NCBI GenBank assembly: GCA_047495785.1
Contig: JBLDXI010000030.1
Coordinates: 1,240,001 to 1,304,000, forward strand
Source of the DNA: Lepidodermella squamata
Taxonomy: Eukaryota; Animalia; Gastrotricha
Length of the DNA: 64,000 bases
Reading direction: 5' to 3'
A program made the position numbers and the translations under genes. Shown here piece after piece: positions 62,767 through 64,000 of the stretch (position 1 is its first letter; every line of letters begins with the position of its first letter). The notes beneath the pieces are model-generated. The model saw only the letters and a program-made list of their open reading frames with translations, had not been told where the DNA came from and searched no databases.

Positions 62767-63305
62767 GCACATTATCAGTACATTATCAGCTACCTCAAAC
62801 AGTCTCTCCAGAAGCTTCTCGAATCTGATGAATACCTTGAGCAGAAGCCGGGTTCAAGACTGAAGAAGCCCTTTCATCTCGAATGCCACGTGCCCTATCA
62901 TGAGTTGGACATTCTCATATGCTGGCGAGTTCGCCACATCAAATCGTTAGAATTCGACTTTACCGAGTTCAAAACGAATATTTCAACATGTTTTCTGCCG
63001 CGAGTCTTTCTTTCTTACGGCCTCTTCAATAACGAGTGTACGGCTGAGGGTGGATTCTTCAATGTCGAATATACTTTCGAAATGGCCGATGGACAGGAGT
63101 GTGAAGCAGGCTACGATCTTGAATTGTATATACTGCTTACCCCTGCTTACATATTGTTCTCACGACGCCGATGGATGCACATAAAGGAGTTCCTTGCTTC
63201 TCAGTACTTCACGATTTGAAAGCGGTCAGAGTTGTTTTAACAAACCACTGCTCAAACATATGCGACTTGTGTGTATACTCTGTTACCGTTGTTTTTAAGG
63301 TATAA
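62767..63305 (+). pseudogene. C-terminal remnant of an SGNH hydrolase paralogue
   Basis: SLEFDFTEFKTNISTCFLPRV..AEGGFFN matches 26990-27572, with deletions and frameshifts. Confidence 0.8.
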
Positions 63306-63482
63306 AGGAACGTCAAAATCAGTTTACACGCTATTCTCGAAATGACATACCTCCAATTTCAGCAACTCGTTAAAACAAATGTCCCAGTATTTATATGATA
63401 ATTTCATTTTTACGAGGTCACGTCCGATGTGTGGAAGCGCTGCGCCGGGAGGTATTTCATCTCGATGGAGCAATTATGAATT

Positions 63483-63964
63483 ATGATGAAGCTAGAATTT
63501 CTTCTCATTCTATTAGTCTCAGTCCCACTGGCCTTAGGGTCGAGATCTTCGAAAGCCAGAAGAGATCCGCACAATGAATGGCGCATTTACAAGCGAACTT
63601 TTATGAAAAGCTACAAGCACTACGGCGAAGAGCTTCTGCGAAAGCGAACTTACGAACGTAACTCAGCCCTTATCGACGCCCACAACGAACGGTACAAAAA
63701 CTACGGCTTCCAACTGGGCGCGAACCGGTTGACTGATATGGCCCAGCATGAGTACAACATTCGCCTAGGTCTTAATTGGTCACCCTATAGCATTAAATTG
63801 CTCGGTGCGCTAAAAACTAACTCAACTGCGAAGAAACTCGGAAGCAATGCTGCATTAGTGGATTCGAACACTAAAACTGTTAATGGGTCCTTAGATTGGA
63901 GATCAAAAGGAGCCGTAGGTCCGGTTGTTGATCAAGGTGACTGTGCTTCCTGTTGGTCATTCAG
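63483..63964 (+). CDS. Cathepsin L-like cysteine protease (papain C1A), first exon; gene runs off the window
   Basis: Not in the ORF track. Signal MMKLEFLLILLVSVPLALG; I29 propeptide EW..YK..F.KSY..EE..R..YERN..I.AHN and GANRLTDM; mature LDWRSKGAVGPVVDQGDCASCWSF; GT donor at 63965. Confidence 0.9.
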
Positions 63965-64000
63965 GTTTGTAATTTTCAAGCATTTTAAGGAGGATTTTTC

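Noticed and set aside
1-64000. Species assignment
   Set aside because: Features indicate a compact-genome invertebrate, but nothing in the window is diagnostic without a database search.

Overview
Eukaryotic (invertebrate animal) genomic DNA with a compact gene structure: mostly ~45-70 nt GT-AG introns, short intergenic gaps and TTAGGG-type repeats. There are no CRISPR arrays, rRNA or convincing tRNA genes. The window is a segmentally duplicated, transposon-riddled cluster of orphan cell-surface receptors. It holds (i) three copies of a gene joining a GH65/PGGHG-like glycosidase ectodomain with degenerate active-site motifs to a TM helix and a MET-like tyrosine kinase (one copy is truncated before the kinase). 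It holds (ii) five Cys-loop (pLGIC) loci: two intact copies with unusual N-terminal (Sushi)/EGF/CUB-like modules on a Thr-rich stalk, a pseudogene with a different CUB-like extension, a fragment of a third paralogue, and one conventional gene. It also has (iii) two intronless GABA-B-type class C GPCRs, (iv) an SGNH hydrolase plus two remnants, (v) a C21orf58/DUF4587-like gene with alternative terminal exons, and (vi) the first exon of a cathepsin L-like protease. Mobile elements are a THAP-less P-superfamily element with 470-bp TIRs inserted in a Crypton-like recombinase, a hAT element carrying a nested MULE, a second MULE, a Tc1/mariner-type element carrying a LINE and a SINE-like head, an EnSpm-like element inside a LINE, and several MITEs. 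Many receptor copies carry recent disabling lesions. Gene models and family calls come from reading the sequence by eye and are not database-confirmed.
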